Source: Balanoglossus misakiensis
Taxonomy: Eukaryota; Animalia; Hemichordata
Length of the DNA: 64,000 nucleotides
Reading direction: 5' to 3'
NCBI GenBank assembly: GCA_040954595.2
Contig: JBECUI020000026.1
Coordinates: 310,001-374,000 of the forward strand
Part shown: in pieces, positions 39,716-54,615 of the stretch
Position numbering within the stretch: the stretch's first letter is position 1
Layout: the number at the start of each line of letters is the position of its first letter
Translations under genes and position numbers: made by a program
Notes under the pieces: generated by a model
The model's input: only the letters and a program-made list of their open reading frames with translations
Told to the model about the DNA's origin: nothing
The model's database searches: none

Positions 39716-40611
39716 CTGACGTTCCTGTCTTCTAAGGATTGTTGAACTTTAATTCATGCAGTTTGTTGTTACGGCCGGTCGTCCTCCGGACGTTTACTTC
39801 ATCGGCTTCTGTGGGGAATCAGCCACGTCCGAAAGCTGACGGCGTACATTCTCTCCATCTCCTTCTCCACCCAACATATTCATAAAGTCCGAGAGAGGTA
39901 CCCGGCAGATCGTAAACCTTTCGTAGACAGAGACTTGCAAGAAGTTTTCCGAGTAACACAAAGTTCTGGTTTATTACTGGTCACACGTAAGAATTACACG
40001 ACTCGATCCATGCTCGTTGACTCCCATCACGGATCTCCGGTGATAAATGTGTGATCTCAAATTTCACCACACCTTATTAATACGTTAGTCAAGTATTAAG
40101 TCATAAAAGGAACACGTCATCTTGATATTTCTTAAACATGAACTTAGCGCGTGATATCTCTATCTCGTTCTGACATGTATCAATTACACAATCTTGTTTA
40201 CTCTGGGTCAAGTACCAATGTCAATACTGGACTAAAACCATATAAGTGAATGACTTCTTACGTAATCATAAACAAGATCTATGATCGTTAAAACTCAATC
40301 GTGACACTTGTATTACCGCTGGTTTCTCATGATTGTTCATGCATCGGGGAATCTGTAGCGATGAGGTAACGGGCTCTGACGAGAACCGTGATCCACGGAG
40401 AAACGAATCTGATTTACGTTCATTTATTGTCCGGAATTATTATAGTACATCAAATACGCCCAGTAAAGTACATGAGGAAGGGAACGAGCTCAGTAGCCTG
40501 AGGTACTCCCATCTCCCGTTAGATTATTCTCCCCTAACTTTGGAAACAAAGTTCTCTTATAATTACTTTTCTCAAGGCGTGGTTAACCATGTAAAATATC
40601 ACAAATACATG

Positions 40612-43074
40612 TAGTGGCCAGTGTCGTGCCCATTAATTTTGAGTGTTTGGTGGGGTCAACCTTTGCGTCAACATTGATTAACCAGGCCATGCAGAGCTAG
40701 TGGCCAGTGTCGTGCCCATTAATTTTGAGTGTTTGGTGGGGTCAACCTTTGCGTCAACATTGATTAACCAGGCCATGCAGAGCTAGTGGCCAGTGTCGTG
40801 CCCATTAATTTTGAGTGTTTGGTGGGGTCAACCTTTGCGTCAACATTGATTAACCATGCCATGCAGAGCTAGTAGCCAGTGTCGTGCCCATTAATTTTGA
40901 GTGTTTGGTGGGGTCAACCTTTGCGTCAACATTGATTAACCAGGCCATGCAGAGCTAGTGGCCAGTGTCGTGCCCATTAATTTTGAGTGTTTGGTGGGGT
41001 CAACCTTTGCGTCAACATTGATTAACCAGGCCAGAGCTTAGTGGCCAGTGTCGTGCCCATCAATTTTGAGTGTTTGGTGGGGTCAACCCTTGCGTCAACC
41101 TTGATTAGCCAGGCCAGAGCTTAGTGGCCAGTGTCGCGCCCATTAATTTTGAGTGTTTGGTGGGGTCAACCCTTGCGTCAACCTGGATTAGCCAGGCCAG
41201 AGCTAGTGGCCAGTGTCGTGCCCATCAATTTTGAGTGTTTGGTGGGGTCAACCCTTGCGTCAACATTGATTAGCCAGGCCAGAGCTAGTGGCCAGTGTCG
41301 TGCCCATCAATTTTGAGTGTTTGGTGGGGTCAACCCTTGCGTCAACCTTGATTAGCCAGGCCAGAGCTAGTGGCCAGTGTCGTGCCCATCAATTATGAGT
41401 GTTTGGTGGGGTCAACCCTTGCGTCAACCTTGATTAGCCAGGCCAGAGCTTAGTGGCCAGTGTCGTGCCCATCAATTTTGAGTGTTTGGTGGGGTCAACC
41501 CTTGCGTCAACATTGATTAGCCAGGCCAGAGCTAGTGGCCAGTGTCGTGCCCATCAATTATGAGTGTTTGGTGGGGTCAACCCTTGCGTCAACATTGATT
41601 AGCCAGGCCAGAGCTTAGTGGCCAGTGTTGCGCCCATTAATTTTGAGTGTTTGGTGGGGTCAACCCTTGCGTCAACCTTGATTAGCCAGGCCAGAGCTAG
41701 TGGCCAGTGTCGTGCCCATCAATTTTGAGTGTTTGGTGGGGTCAACCTTTGCGTCAACCTTGATTAGCCAGGCCAGAGCTAGTGGCCAGTGTCGTGCCCA
41801 TCAATTTTGAGTGTTTGGTGGGGTCAACCCTTGCATCAACATTGATTAGCCAGGCCAGAGCTAGTGGCCAGTGTCGCGCCCATTAAGTTTGAGTGTTTGG
41901 TGGGGTCAACCTTTGCGTCAACCTTGATTAGCCAGGCCATGCAGAGCTAGGGGCCAGTGGCGTGCCCATCAATTTTGAGTGTTTGGTGGGGTCAACCTTT
42001 GCGTCAACCTTGATTAGCCAGGCCATGCAGAGCTAGTGGCCAGTGTCGTGCCCATCAATTTTGAGTGTTTGGTGGGGTCAACCTTTGCGTCAACCTTGAT
42101 TAGCCAGGCCATGCAGAGCTAGTGGCCAGTGTCGTGCCCATCAATTTTGAGTGTTTGGTGGGGTCAACCTTTGCGTCAACCTTGATTAGCCAGGCCATGC
42201 AGAGCTAGTGGCCAGTGTCGTGCCCATCAATTTTGAGTGTTTGGTGGGGTCAACCTTTGCGTCAACCTTGATTAAACAGGCCATGCAGAGCTAGTGGTCA
42301 GTGTCGTGCCCATCAATTTTGAGTGTTTGGAGGGGTCAACCTTTGCGTCAACCTTGATTAACCAGGCCATGCAGAGCTAGTGGCCAGTGTCGTGCCCATC
42401 AATTTTGAGTGTTTGGTGGGGTCAACCTTTGCGTCAACATTGATTAACCAGGCCATGCAGAGCTAGTGGCCAGTGTCGTGCCCATCAATTTTGAGTGTTT
42501 GGTGGGGTCAACCTTTGCGTCAACATTGATTAACCAGGCCATGCAGAGCTACATTGTAGTGGCCAGTGTCGTGCCCATCAATTTTGAGTGTTTGGTGGGG
42601 TCAACCTTTGCGTCAACATTGATTAACCAGGCCATGCAGAGCTAGTGGCCAGTGTCGTGCCCATCAATTTTGAGTGTTTGGTGGGGTCAACCTTTGCGTC
42701 AACATTGATTAACCAGGCCATGCAGAGCTAGTGGCCAGTGTCGTGCCCATCAATTTTGAGTGTTTGGTGGGGTCAACCTTTGCGTCAACATTGATTAACC
42801 AGGCCATGCAGAGCTAGTGGCCAGTGTCGTGCCCATCAATTTTGAGTGTTTGGTGGGGTCAACCTTTGCGTCAACATTGATTAACCAGGCCATGCAGAGC
42901 TAGTGGCCAGTGTCGTGCCCATCAATTTTGAGTGTTTGGTGGGGTCAACCTTTGCGTCAACATTGATTAACCAGGCCATGCAGAGCTAGTGGCCAGTGTC
43001 GTGCCCATTAATTTTGAGTGTTTGGTACTGTCAACCTTTGCGTCAACATTGATTAACCAGGCCATGCAGAGCTA
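40612..43074. repeat. Tandem satellite, 82-86 bp unit, about 29 copies
   Basis: Unit tagtggccagtgtcgtgcccat(t/c)aattttgagtgtttggtggggtcaacc(t/c)ttgcgtcaac(a/c)ttgatta(a/g)ccaggcca(tgca)gagc. Confidence 0.97.
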
Positions 43075-43683
43075 CATGTATGTTGCCTGTAAGGCACACA
43101 TCTCCAATTGGTACATTGGGCCTATCATACTGTACATGTACAACTAGGAAAATGTACTTCATCATATTTCCATAGTCAGCAGCTTCAAGAACATGTTGCC
43201 TTCTCTATATGAATGTTTAGACTAAAAAGAAGTATAAGAAGAATAAAGTTGTCCAATTATTGTTGGCAGGGGGTGGGGATGTGTGCTCCCATACAAATGT
43301 ATATGGGTATGTACTCTTTAAGAAAAACGTTCATATGCAAGAGAAAAATGGTAAATGACAAAGAAAATTTGACTGGTATTACAATAGGTCGGGTTTTTGG
43401 CATTTACACATATTGATGTTATCAACCGGGAAGCACACTACGTCCTGAAAATAATTGGAGACCTCTCGCCCGGGGTGTCGGCCAGTGGCCACATACATTT
43501 CCAGTCCTAAACCTTGCATCAGTTCTGTGGTGCGGATTAAGAAATAAGATTGGCGCTACAATATGCCCACTTAGTTTGAAATGGATTCTGCATATATACA
43601 TGTAAACACATTGAAAATGAGATATTACACATATAATCATGGGACAAGAAGGGCAAAAATTAAATTATCCAGCAGGTGTTCGA

Positions 43684-44340
43684 ATTATGCAAATTAGAAC
43701 AGTTGTCTAATATTGCCATGTCAACCACGTTGAAATTGTTTTAGGTACCCATATTAATTAAAACCGTGAAAATGCGATATTACACACCATATAAGACAAA
43801 CCAGGGAAATTTACATGTTAGAGAAGTTTGTCGGCCATTTTGGATTATGCAAATTAGAACAGTTGTCTAATATTGCCATGTCAACCACGCTGAAATTGTT
43901 TTAGTTACCCATATTGATGAAAACCCTGCAAATGCGATTTTAGGCACCATATAAGACAAAACAGGGAAATTTACATTTAAGAAGAGTTTGGTGGCCATTT
44001 TGGATTATGCAAATTAGAACAGCTGTCTAATATTGCCATGTCAACGACGTTGAAATTGTTTTAGGTACCCATATTGATGAAAACCCTGCAAATGCGATAT
44101 TACACACTATTAAAGACAACCATAGTAAATTTACATGTTAGAGAAGTTTGTCGGCCATTCTAGATTATGCAAATTAGAACAGCTGTCTAACATTGCAATG
44201 TCAACCACGTTGAAATTGTTTTAGGTACCCATATTGATGAAAACCCTTCAAATGCGATACTACACACTATTTAAGACGACCATAGGAAATTTACATGTTA
44301 GAGGAGTTTGGCGGCCATTTTGGACTATGCAAATGAGAAG
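43684..44340. repeat. 160-bp tandem repeat, about 4 copies, at the outer end of the arm
   Basis: attatgcaaattagaacag recurs near 43684, 43844, 44004, 44164 and, degenerate, 44324. A partial inverted copy lies at 22185-22250. Confidence 0.9.
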
Positions 44341-47300
44341 AGTTGAACAAAAAATGCCATATTTGCAATGCTGTTGTCTTGTTTTGGGTGCCTATGTTAA
44401 GGCTTGAAAATGAAAGCTTATTCACCATTTTGGCACAAACAGTGGCGAGAAGGTGTTCCAATGTAACTTAGAAGAGTTGCCATATTTGCAATACAGTTAT
44501 ATTGTTTAAGGTATGAATGCAAATCCTGAATATTAGATTTATAACAATTTCATTGGAAAGAACATTTGTAGGTTCATCATTGACCCCATAGGACTGTCAA
44601 CTCGACTACAGACAGTCTCGATGAACACAAGACATGATCCCAATTTGCAAGCTGAGTTGAAACTGACTGCTGCAGTAACTTTAGCTCTGGGAATGTCTTG
44701 TGTGATTTAAAGCAATTGATGACCAAATTTAACACAGTTTCTCTGAGGTAACCACTTAGCTTTCGTGACTGGTTGTTTAAGAATCCAAAAAACATGAATT
44801 CTACCCAATGAATTCAACCCTTAGAATTTCACAACTGTAACAGAGTTTGCAGTCATGCACAAAAGTGTGTATCATACACATAAGAAATTTCTCACATGTA
44901 TTTTTATGATGGCAATGCATTTGACTGTAAACAAACATTGACATCAGTCAGTAGCGCTATTTTGTCAGTGAAATGGCTTCATCATCATCCCTCCAACCAA
45001 AGTTGAAACTGAGTTGCAAATATTGCACAGCTTGAAATCATAAAATGTTGCAAAATTGAACCAACAGTTCGGTCAATGATCAAGTTCTTACAGCTATTAT
45101 TAGAACCAGACAATCTCAGCGAACAAGAGACATGGGCCTTATTTGCAAGTCGAGTTAGAACTGCCTTTGCCTGCCCACGGACGCCCCAGTTTCAGCAAAA
45201 ATTATTGCATTAAAATGTGAGTATGGAGAACTATGCTCTGTGTTCCTTTTGTTAGCTTACATAGCTGTTGTCATTCTAGTTTTTCCTCTGTCCTGTGAAC
45301 AGAGTTTCAGTTGCGAAAACCGACAGTTCTTAAAGTACAAAAGTACACCTAAATTGCCTCGGTGATGAGCATGCAGAATTTATCTGATGCTTTTTACTGG
45401 CAGAAGGACCCCACCAGTTGCAGATTGTCAATTCCATGGCACAAGGGAATTTACGCTTTGCGTTCAAATATAAATAATTAACACCTGTTTAATTTTTCTA
45501 TATGTTCTTTAGTGATGATTCAAAAGTATTATGACTGCTAGTGTGATTAATATTCTATTTTCAAAATGTGTTTTTCTTAATGATTATGAATACATCAAAA
45601 TTTATGCTTTAAAATTAAATCATTTTACCTGAAATATTGCAAATATTTGGAGGGTTGCATTTAATTTGAAGTTCTCGATCAAAGTTTTAGGCATAAAAAA
45701 GGTGCTACACCCCCGAAAAATTGGTAGCTATGAATTCAATTCAAAGAGTGTTGTAATGTCTGTTTTGCAACAGGGTGCCAGTTCAACAAAGCGCATGAGG
45801 ATAGTAAATCACCTTTGTGAATTTTGTGCACCACAGTAAGAATTCCCTAGAAACTGCAAACTAAATTGCAAAGCAATCAGACAAAAATGGCAGTAATTGC
45901 CAAAAAAAAAAAAAAAAAAATATTGTCACTTCCATCACTGGGTTTGTTAAATTGTCATAAAATCACACCTAAAAACATGCAAACCAAATTTTAAAAAAAA
46001 TGTGGGTAGAGGTTTCTGAGTATATGACGACCAAAATCACCCCAAAATATACTTCAAAAATGAAAAATAAAATCTGTATAAAGTCTCAATAACATAAATA
46101 CACACCAATTTCTAAAGCAATCTGACCAGTACCTTCTTGAGTTTCTGAGTTTAGAACAATTTCACATTGGTCCCAATGGTATATTGACATATACAAAATT
46201 GGACCTAAAGAGTAAAACACATTTCAAAGATTTTACAATTAAAGCCTCACAAGCTGCCAAATTTTACACATCTTTTTCCACAATAACATTTTTCAAATCA
46301 TCCACCTATCCTTTAAAATCAGCACCATTGAGACATATTACTTGAATTTGCATGGGGTTTGTCATCTCTCTGCGATGTGTACCCTCCATATGGAGGCTGA
46401 TTAAAACAGGTGTGGCGCTTGTTTAATATCTGACTTCTTTAAATTGCAACATACAGGCACATTCATTAGTCAATAAAATGTTCATGTATACCTATCAGTC
46501 AGTTTGTTTAGATGAACAAATCTAAGATGGAAAGTAATATCATGAAAATACTGAAAGATTGGAAACTCTGAGTTTGAGTCTAAGGATAACAAGGGAACCT
46601 CTCTACTATTTGACGCACCAAAGCTATGAAAAACTTCCTTCTTTCCCTCAAATATTTTTTATGAATATGTTCTACTCCGTGATTAAAATTTCCCTTTTAC
46701 CAAATGTACATATGTAAGAGACGTGATTTTTTCAGCAAAATTTCAATTGGCCTACGGTGACTTTTTACCTACTTACCCATATTGGGTAGCATGAAACACA
46801 GAATGGCATACCAGTGGGTTAGAGATACAGCGTTTTATATTAACATGAATTAACATGAAACTAAAAATTTGATGGTTTACTTAGGACTGCCTTGATCCAT
46901 GGTAACCTCATTAAATATGTACATATCTAATTCTAGGCTATCCAGTTGCGGTAGAAACCTGGACATGGACAACTTTGGGGTCAAAATCTTTTGACAAAAT
47001 GTTGGGTGATCTTGGGTAAACTTTGACCTACATTCCTATATCTTGGCATCCGGCACAGATACATCCCTGACACTTGGAGTGATGGAACTGCATAATGGAG
47101 TATTATGTCTCAGCTAGTCACAGTGCTTTTGCTGTGTTTTATGTCTTTTATTCAGCCAAATTAGATGTTTTTCATTACACATTGGCTGTGTTTGCCAGTA
47201 CTTTTTAGCTGGTCACACTGCCTTAACACAATGTATTCTCAAAATACTCTGCAATCTTTATGAAGCATATACAGCAGACAAAGTTGTGGTAAGACTAAAC

Positions 47301-50300
47301 TTGCCCTTCTTTGTGATTAAAGCATGACCGGCCTGTCTTAGGTGGCCCCTACCTAGGGGCTTTACCCGTCATTGGCTCACAGTCTGAGAAATCAGCTCTG
47401 CAGGGAAGTTAACGATGTAACCCACCATTAAAGCTTGGATTTCCGCTTTTTGTATTTGATACCTGGCTGAGGCCTTCTTAGGATCTACCCAACGCTGAGT
47501 AGGCTATCCCGTCATTGGCACACAGTCTCAGGGAGGGAGTCAAAAGTTCAGTATACCATCAAAGCCTTTATATTGTCCATTCTTTTTAAGAGAAGGCTGG
47601 CTGCTGTAGAAAAATGTTGATCTCAAATTTATCATGTCCAAAAAGCCAGACTTCCAGCCCTATTGGTTAGGCTGGCATTAGGTAAGTACATAATTAATGA
47701 GGCAAGACATAATACTCAATCAAATAGTTCCATCACTCCAAGTGTCAAGGTTGTATCTGCTCCGGATGCTAAAATATAGGAATGTAGGTCAAAGTTTACC
47801 CAAGATCACACAAATGTTTGTCAAAAGATTTTGACCCCGAAGTTGTCCATGTCCAGGTTTCTACTTCAGCTGAATAGCCTAGAATTAGATATGCACATAT
47901 TTAACGAGGTTACCATTGCTCAGGGGGGTCTTAAATTAACCATCAAATTTTAGTTTCATATTAATGCATATTAATATAAAACACTGTATCTCTAACCCTA
48001 CAGGTAAGCCTAGAATTAGGTACATGTACATGCGTAAGTTTTTGACAAGACAGTTAAGCTGTAATATATGTACATGAACCTTGACAATTGACTTAAAATA
48101 ACATAAAGGCAGAACTGATACTGATTGGAGATAGATATTACTAATGACAGTGATGTTAATTACACCAGGAATGTTTGTCTTAGTATACGGTAGCTAACCG
48201 ACTGCTTGAGGTTAAGTAATGAAAGTGCCCACTTGCGATTCACCTTCAAATAGCTACTTAGTCTTTGGTACATGTACATTGTTTTTCCAATGATTAGACA
48301 AAGGATATACATACGTGTAATTAAGGTTGGGTAGCATTTTCAATGTAATAAGCCCTGCCTTCACTATAATCTTACACCAAATCAACACTGTTCAGTAATG
48401 TGATAGGCTTCAAAGCGACGCTAGTTACATCATAATTCCCAGCAAGGGGTATTAGTTTATTGGGCAAGTGGCATGAGTGAGGCCAGACATTAGTTTTGGA
48501 AGCAAAGCGGACAGAACACTGCCGGGCATAGACTAGGTAGTTCTGAATAGTCATGTTTCATAAGTCAGGTCCATGACATATGTACCGACATCTGTGATTG
48601 GTCCATCTGGTAATCTTAGGTCCACTTGAGGCACGGTGATTGGAGGGACCTTATGTGTTAGGTCTTATTATTATGTATTATTCACTAGACCTTGTAGGTT
48701 AGGTCTTATTACTATGTATTATTCACTTTACAGCTCCCTGATTGGTTAATGTGTAGGTCTCCAATTTTCACTGCCTCGTTATGCAAAGTCTTTTGTCCTT
48801 CTGAATACAGTTGTCGTATTCTGTCTGGCATGCTGCCTGCGCGTTGTCGAAGCTCGATCCCAGTGTATAAAGAAAGGCACTCATATAATGATTGGATTTA
48901 ACCTTTCCTTCACTATTCATGGCATTTTTTTGTGATACTGTGAACTAGATACTCGAAATAAAAATTGCCAGGAGAATTTTTTTATTTTATTTCCAGTGGC
49001 GGTTTGTTGAAATGGGCTAGTGTTTTGTTACGTAATGCTTTTCAGCGCATCACTTCGTGTAACACCTGGCTGAATACGAAGTGTGTGCTATTCATTCGAG
49101 CAAACCAAAAATATCTTACAATAGAACTGTTTAGAATAGCATTGCATTTCTTTAATTGGGATACCTCATTAGTTGCTTTACAGGTATGATTACTTTTATT
49201 GTACTTCTTTCACGAAGCTGCACCGTCATAGTTCCATTTTTATGAAAACAATATACGAATGTATAAACGGACAACGTACTCCTTTTCACAACATCTACGT
49301 CAAAACAAATTTACTTTAAAATAGTAAAACAACAATAATAATATTGATGATGAGAAGTAGGAGGGTGATTTAAGAAAATATACAACTGTTAGCAAAAATG
49401 CTTAGATGTGTTAATCAGATTTTCAAAGTCCATCTAAAAATCATTTAATCTTTCCAGGGTGCGGTTTATGTTGGAGATAGTATCAGTCAGGCTATTTCTC
49501 AGAAAATTAATGAATGATCTGCGGACATCCCGAATAATGTGTTACCACAACGCTAGCCAGGAAGCACATGGGACATTTCACAATGAGGCAGTGAACACTG
49601 GGAGACCAGACTGACACGTTAACCAATCAGGGAGCTGTATGGTGAATAAATACATATTAATATGACCTAACCTACAAGGTCCTGTATTATGAGGCAGTGA
49701 ACACATGGGGGACCAGACTGACACGTTAACCAATCAGGGAGCTGTAAAGCGAAAAATGCATAGTAATAAGACCTAACCTACAAGGTCTAGTGAATAATAC
49801 ATAATAATAAGACCTAACCTACAAGGTCCCTCCAATCAGCGTGCCGCAAGTGGACCTAAGAGAAGCGGATAAACCAATCAAAACATGCAATACATGTGTA
49901 TAGGACGTGTAATGTAGGTCATTTTGAAACAGGACTAATGTGACCATGGACGTTACCACATTAGACTCTGTATTGTAAGTTTCTGAAGAATCGCAAAAAA
50001 TCATCAACAGTCTACATGTACTTCAACCTTGTGAGAAGTACTGTATAACACACAGGATATACTAGTCACTGTTGGTCAGGTTATTACACACTGTGGTCCC
50101 ATCTGGGGATTACACAAAATTAGGTATGTCTGTGTTCATGGGAAAAATCATGTGACATTGGCAAGCAGATATGACCTTCTGTAAGAACATTTCAAAGGAA
50201 CCAGACAAGTATTTTAGGGAAAACAACATTCAACAATGACAAAAACTGCCTCAAACCACATCTATCCAACTATCAACAAATTGTATAATATCTACTTCAA

Positions 50301-53145
50301 TCACCACGCCTACCAAAGTTGAAAGCAATCTGACTAGTAGTTTCAAAGAATACAAATTGCAAAAATTGCCCCAAGACCACAATATGTAAATTTCACCAAA
50401 ATGATATACAACATTACTTGGGTTACCTCTTGGAACAAGCATACCAAAATTTAAAAGCAATCTAAGGAGTTTCTCAGAAAATGAATTTTGACCAAAAATG
50501 ACAGATTACAAATTCTGCGACAATTTAAACAAAACCAACTATGATCACCTACCGGAAGTGTCATACTAAATTCTAAAGAAATCAGCCAATCTCTTTAAGA
50601 GGAAAAGATTTTTTTTCAAATGGTAAAACAAGACAAAATAATTGCATAAAAAATAGACAATTCACGATATAAACTCAAAGTATATCAGGTATGATGACAT
50701 TACCTACATGCATACAAATGTTCAAAGCAGTCTAACCAGTTGTTGAGTTTTGATCAATTCCACATATTTCACAGGTTATTTGCGTATTTTTGCAATGACA
50801 ACTTCATTTAAGCAAAATCCCATCTTCACACCAAAATAAAAAAAGCGTGGTTTCATGTTTTGGATCAGGGCAGACATACATCCATATATACATGTAACAT
50901 GCAGACACACATGTACACACACACACAAACACATGCATACATGGCTGCATACATACATACATACATACATACATACATACATACATACATACATAGGGAA
51001 ACGGTCTGGTAATCAATGTTGTGACACTAGCATTAGGCCTTAAACCCCGGTGCGGAAAGTACTGGGGTTCGGATTAACGTGTGTTTGTACAGTTGTTTAT
51101 TTGGGAGTGGTCGTCGTGCATAATAACTGTGTAATTGATCTCATGTACATAGAAAATAATTGAACACTTTACACCTCTATGCGATTGACAGCTGTTTGAA
51201 TGGCGTGGTTATTGTTTCCCAGGGATGCTTCTGAAAAGCACTGAAACCAGATTTCTCCCAAAATCATCGTTGTTTCAAAAGCTCGTGTACTTTTTCATCG
51301 ATAACTTTATGTTGTGTGTGTTTATAAAGCCAACCACTGTCGTTGTGTGGTGTAATTCTTTATGCTTGGATCTGTTTGGGCCGATTTTCATAGAGCCAAG
51401 ATCGTTAGAGCCAAGATCGTTGGTGTTGTCTGTTGTCAGTCAAACGGCATTAAGATTCGCCACTGATTTGGGGGGTCTTTTATACCACGCATCGGGGTTT
51501 AATGTTTACGATATCAGGACAATTTATATCATATGAAGTTTTATGTATTCATAATTATTCAGAGAAGCAAATTTTTAAAAATGTGAAATTGTTATCAATC
51601 GGATGTGCACTGACAGCATGCTTATATGGAATACAGGTACTCTAACACAATCAGTCATAACACTTTTGAATCATCAATAAATAACATATAGAATAATTTT
51701 ACAGGATTTAATTATTTATATTTGAACGCAAAGCGTAAATTCCCTTGTGCCATGGAATTCACAATCTGCAACTGGTGGGGTCCTTCTGCCAGTAAGAAGC
51801 ATCAGATAAATTCTGCATGCTCATCACCGAGGCAATTTAGGTGTACTTTTGTACTTTGAGAACTGTCGGTTTTCGCAACTGAAACTCTGCTCACAGGACG
51901 GAGGAAAAACTAGAATGACAACAGCTATGTAAGCTCACAAAAGAAACACAGAGCATAGTTCTCCATACTCATATTTTAATGCAATAATTTTTGCTGAAAT
52001 TGGGGCGTCCGTGGGCAGGCAAAGGCAGTTCTAACTCAACTTGCAAATCAGGCCCATGTCTCTTGTTCCCTGAGACTGTCTGGTTCTAATAATAGCTGTA
52101 AGAACATAATCGTTGACCAAAGGGTTGGTTCAATTTTGCAACATTTTATGATTTCAAGCTGTGCAATATTTGCAACTCTGTTTCAACTTTGGTTGGAGGG
52201 ATGATGATGAAGCCATTTCACTGACAAAATAGCACTACTAACTGACATCCATATTTGTTTACAGTCAAATGCATTGCCATCAGAAAAATGCATACGAAAA
52301 AATTCTTATGTGAATAATACACACTTTCTTGCACAACTGCAAACTCTGTCACATTTGTGAAATTTTAAGGAAATTCATTCATTGGGTAGCTTTATGAATT
52401 CTTAAACAAACTTAGTCATGAAACCTAAATGGTTACCTTACACATCTGGCGGCTCGACTTCTGTGATATGATAGTCTTCAATTAATGTGTATGTGATTCC
52501 ATACAAATCCATATGATTACCTGAACGTACAAAATAAATAAAAAATAAAAAATAAATTAAAAATAAATAAGTATCTCATACATATGCATAAGTGCTTGTG
52601 ATAAATATATCCTGTATTTAAATAAACCTGTCATTTATTGACCTCGTTTTCCTATTAACCCAAAGGACTAGATTGCACTGTAATATTATTACAGCTTCAT
52701 TTCAATGCAACAGGTACACTACATCATATTGGAGCAAATATGCCAGCTCAACATTGATATAAAGAGTGTCAAAATATTGGTGGCTACAAAAGCTTGTGTC
52801 CCTTCAATCCATCCTCGCACTCAGGTGAAAACGAACGTCATTAGTTTTTGGGAAAAAACCTCTGAAATCAATTTCGGTGAGGCCAAATGTGTTCCAAAGG
52901 CAAACCGTTTCTGGTAAACAAATCAATGGCAAATAATTACTTCGGCGACATACCAATCAGTCAACATGGCTGCCTAATCGTTGGATAGCCCGGTTTCATC
53001 TCGCGATCATTCTGTCTTCCGATATGGCGTTGCATGGTTAAATTCGTCTCTTCTTTGCCGACATAGTCAGGCGACAGCGGTCCAGAAGCATAGGCAGCGA
53101 CGCCATCTTGTTTACAATGTGAAGTATCGACTGCGCATGCTCAAT
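43684..53145 (+). repeat. More complete copy of the left arm of the giant inverted repeat
   Basis: Inverted homology to 11914-22250; includes the direct duplicate of 1-5577. Confidence 0.9.
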
Positions 53146-54615
53146 AATTTTCCGCGTTTTTTTTTTTGCCAACGGCGCGCGCGCGGTGTCTGGTATAGAG
53201 AAAATAACAAGCAAGTGCGCGATTATTCATTTGTAAAAAATCAGTTATACATTTGTCATCAACGTTTGAAAACTTTCAATGATCTTACCTCGGTAAGCAT
53301 TTCAAATAGGTACATTTTTATTTAGAACCATCGTATGTGGAAAATAATAAAACACAGAGTGGGGATTGGCCCTATGTTTGACTTGATCATACCCAGCTCG
53401 GTTTGCGTTTTGTCATTGACGAGGGTGTCAGACTTTTGCTGAGAGAGTGAGTTTCTATAGCGTAAACGTTTATCGACTGGACTTTCTGTGCGCCAACAAT
53501 TACATTATTTGTGGCCGGGGAACACGTGCAACTTTTGATGACTGTTTTTCTAGCGCCGTGTTTTTATCTTACGACCTAGAATACCTGCTTTCGTCACCAT
53601 GGTCTGCTCTGCACGTACTATGCTTTCCAGTTTATGTAGCTTGAAGTTGTACCACATTTTGGTTTCCGAGCTGTAGCGAACATAAAACCGAAACTAATAG
53701 CTACGTGTTGACCGCAGCGACTGCGTGTTTTTTTGTTGTATTCCCAACCTACAGTTTATTCTCATGCAGCTCAGACTGAGGTCGCTTCTAAGAGAAAAAA
53801 CAACAACATATTTTGGCTGCTGCCAGACCAGGAATGGAAAATCTTGAGTGGCGCTGGGCTGCATTTCTCTGTAGGACTGTAGTTGTATTGTGCAAGGGTT
53901 CGCCAGCATCGCCTTCAGACTTGTTGTCATAGTCACTGGTGGCGGTTTGTCCTGCACTACTCGTCGTTCTATTTGATGCGGTGGTATTATTCCCAGATGT
54001 CTGTGCCGAGGATCCTGCCCGTTTTCCGATTCTCTTCGTTTTGTCGGCCATTTGCTTCACTTTTTCTGTCATTGTTGCGACGTCAGTCTCTGTTGTTGTT
54101 CGAAGGAGGCGAAAGTCCATTCACCATTAATAGCCGAATTTCCAAGATCGTCCGTTAATTACAATGCGACGTCACGCTACCATGTCCTAAGAAAGACTAC
54201 AGGGCACATTTTTTTATCTCGTGCGCACGACTTACGTGTGCATGTGATATTTTCTCGTGAACACGAGTGCGCTCGCAATTTTCTCGTGCGCACGAGATAT
54301 GCACGAGATAGCATGTTTCTCGTGCACACGAGAAAACATCTCGCTGGAACAAGATACTATCTCTTGCACAAGAAATAGAATAACTGGCAGCCACTATGAT
54401 GTCTGCCACAGGCAAATTTAAATATTCCACTCTGGATCTTCTTTCAGCCCTTCGGAAAACATGAGCATTTATGAAATCCGGCTCTCAATTTTTCGAGAAG
54501 TTCCAGCAGTTGTGGTGTCGCCAAAAACGAATGTATGCCATTCCTGGCGGAAAAAAATATGCAAGAGACGCTTGCAATACACTGCCATCTACCTGACCGC
54601 CCTACATGCCTTAAT
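47573..54615 (+). repeat. Copy 2 of the near-identical direct duplication
   Basis: Matches 1-7048. Confidence 0.97.

Noticed and set aside
40612-43074. CRISPR-like regular array
   Set aside because: Units are repeated end to end with no unique spacers, there are no cas genes, and the context is eukaryotic.
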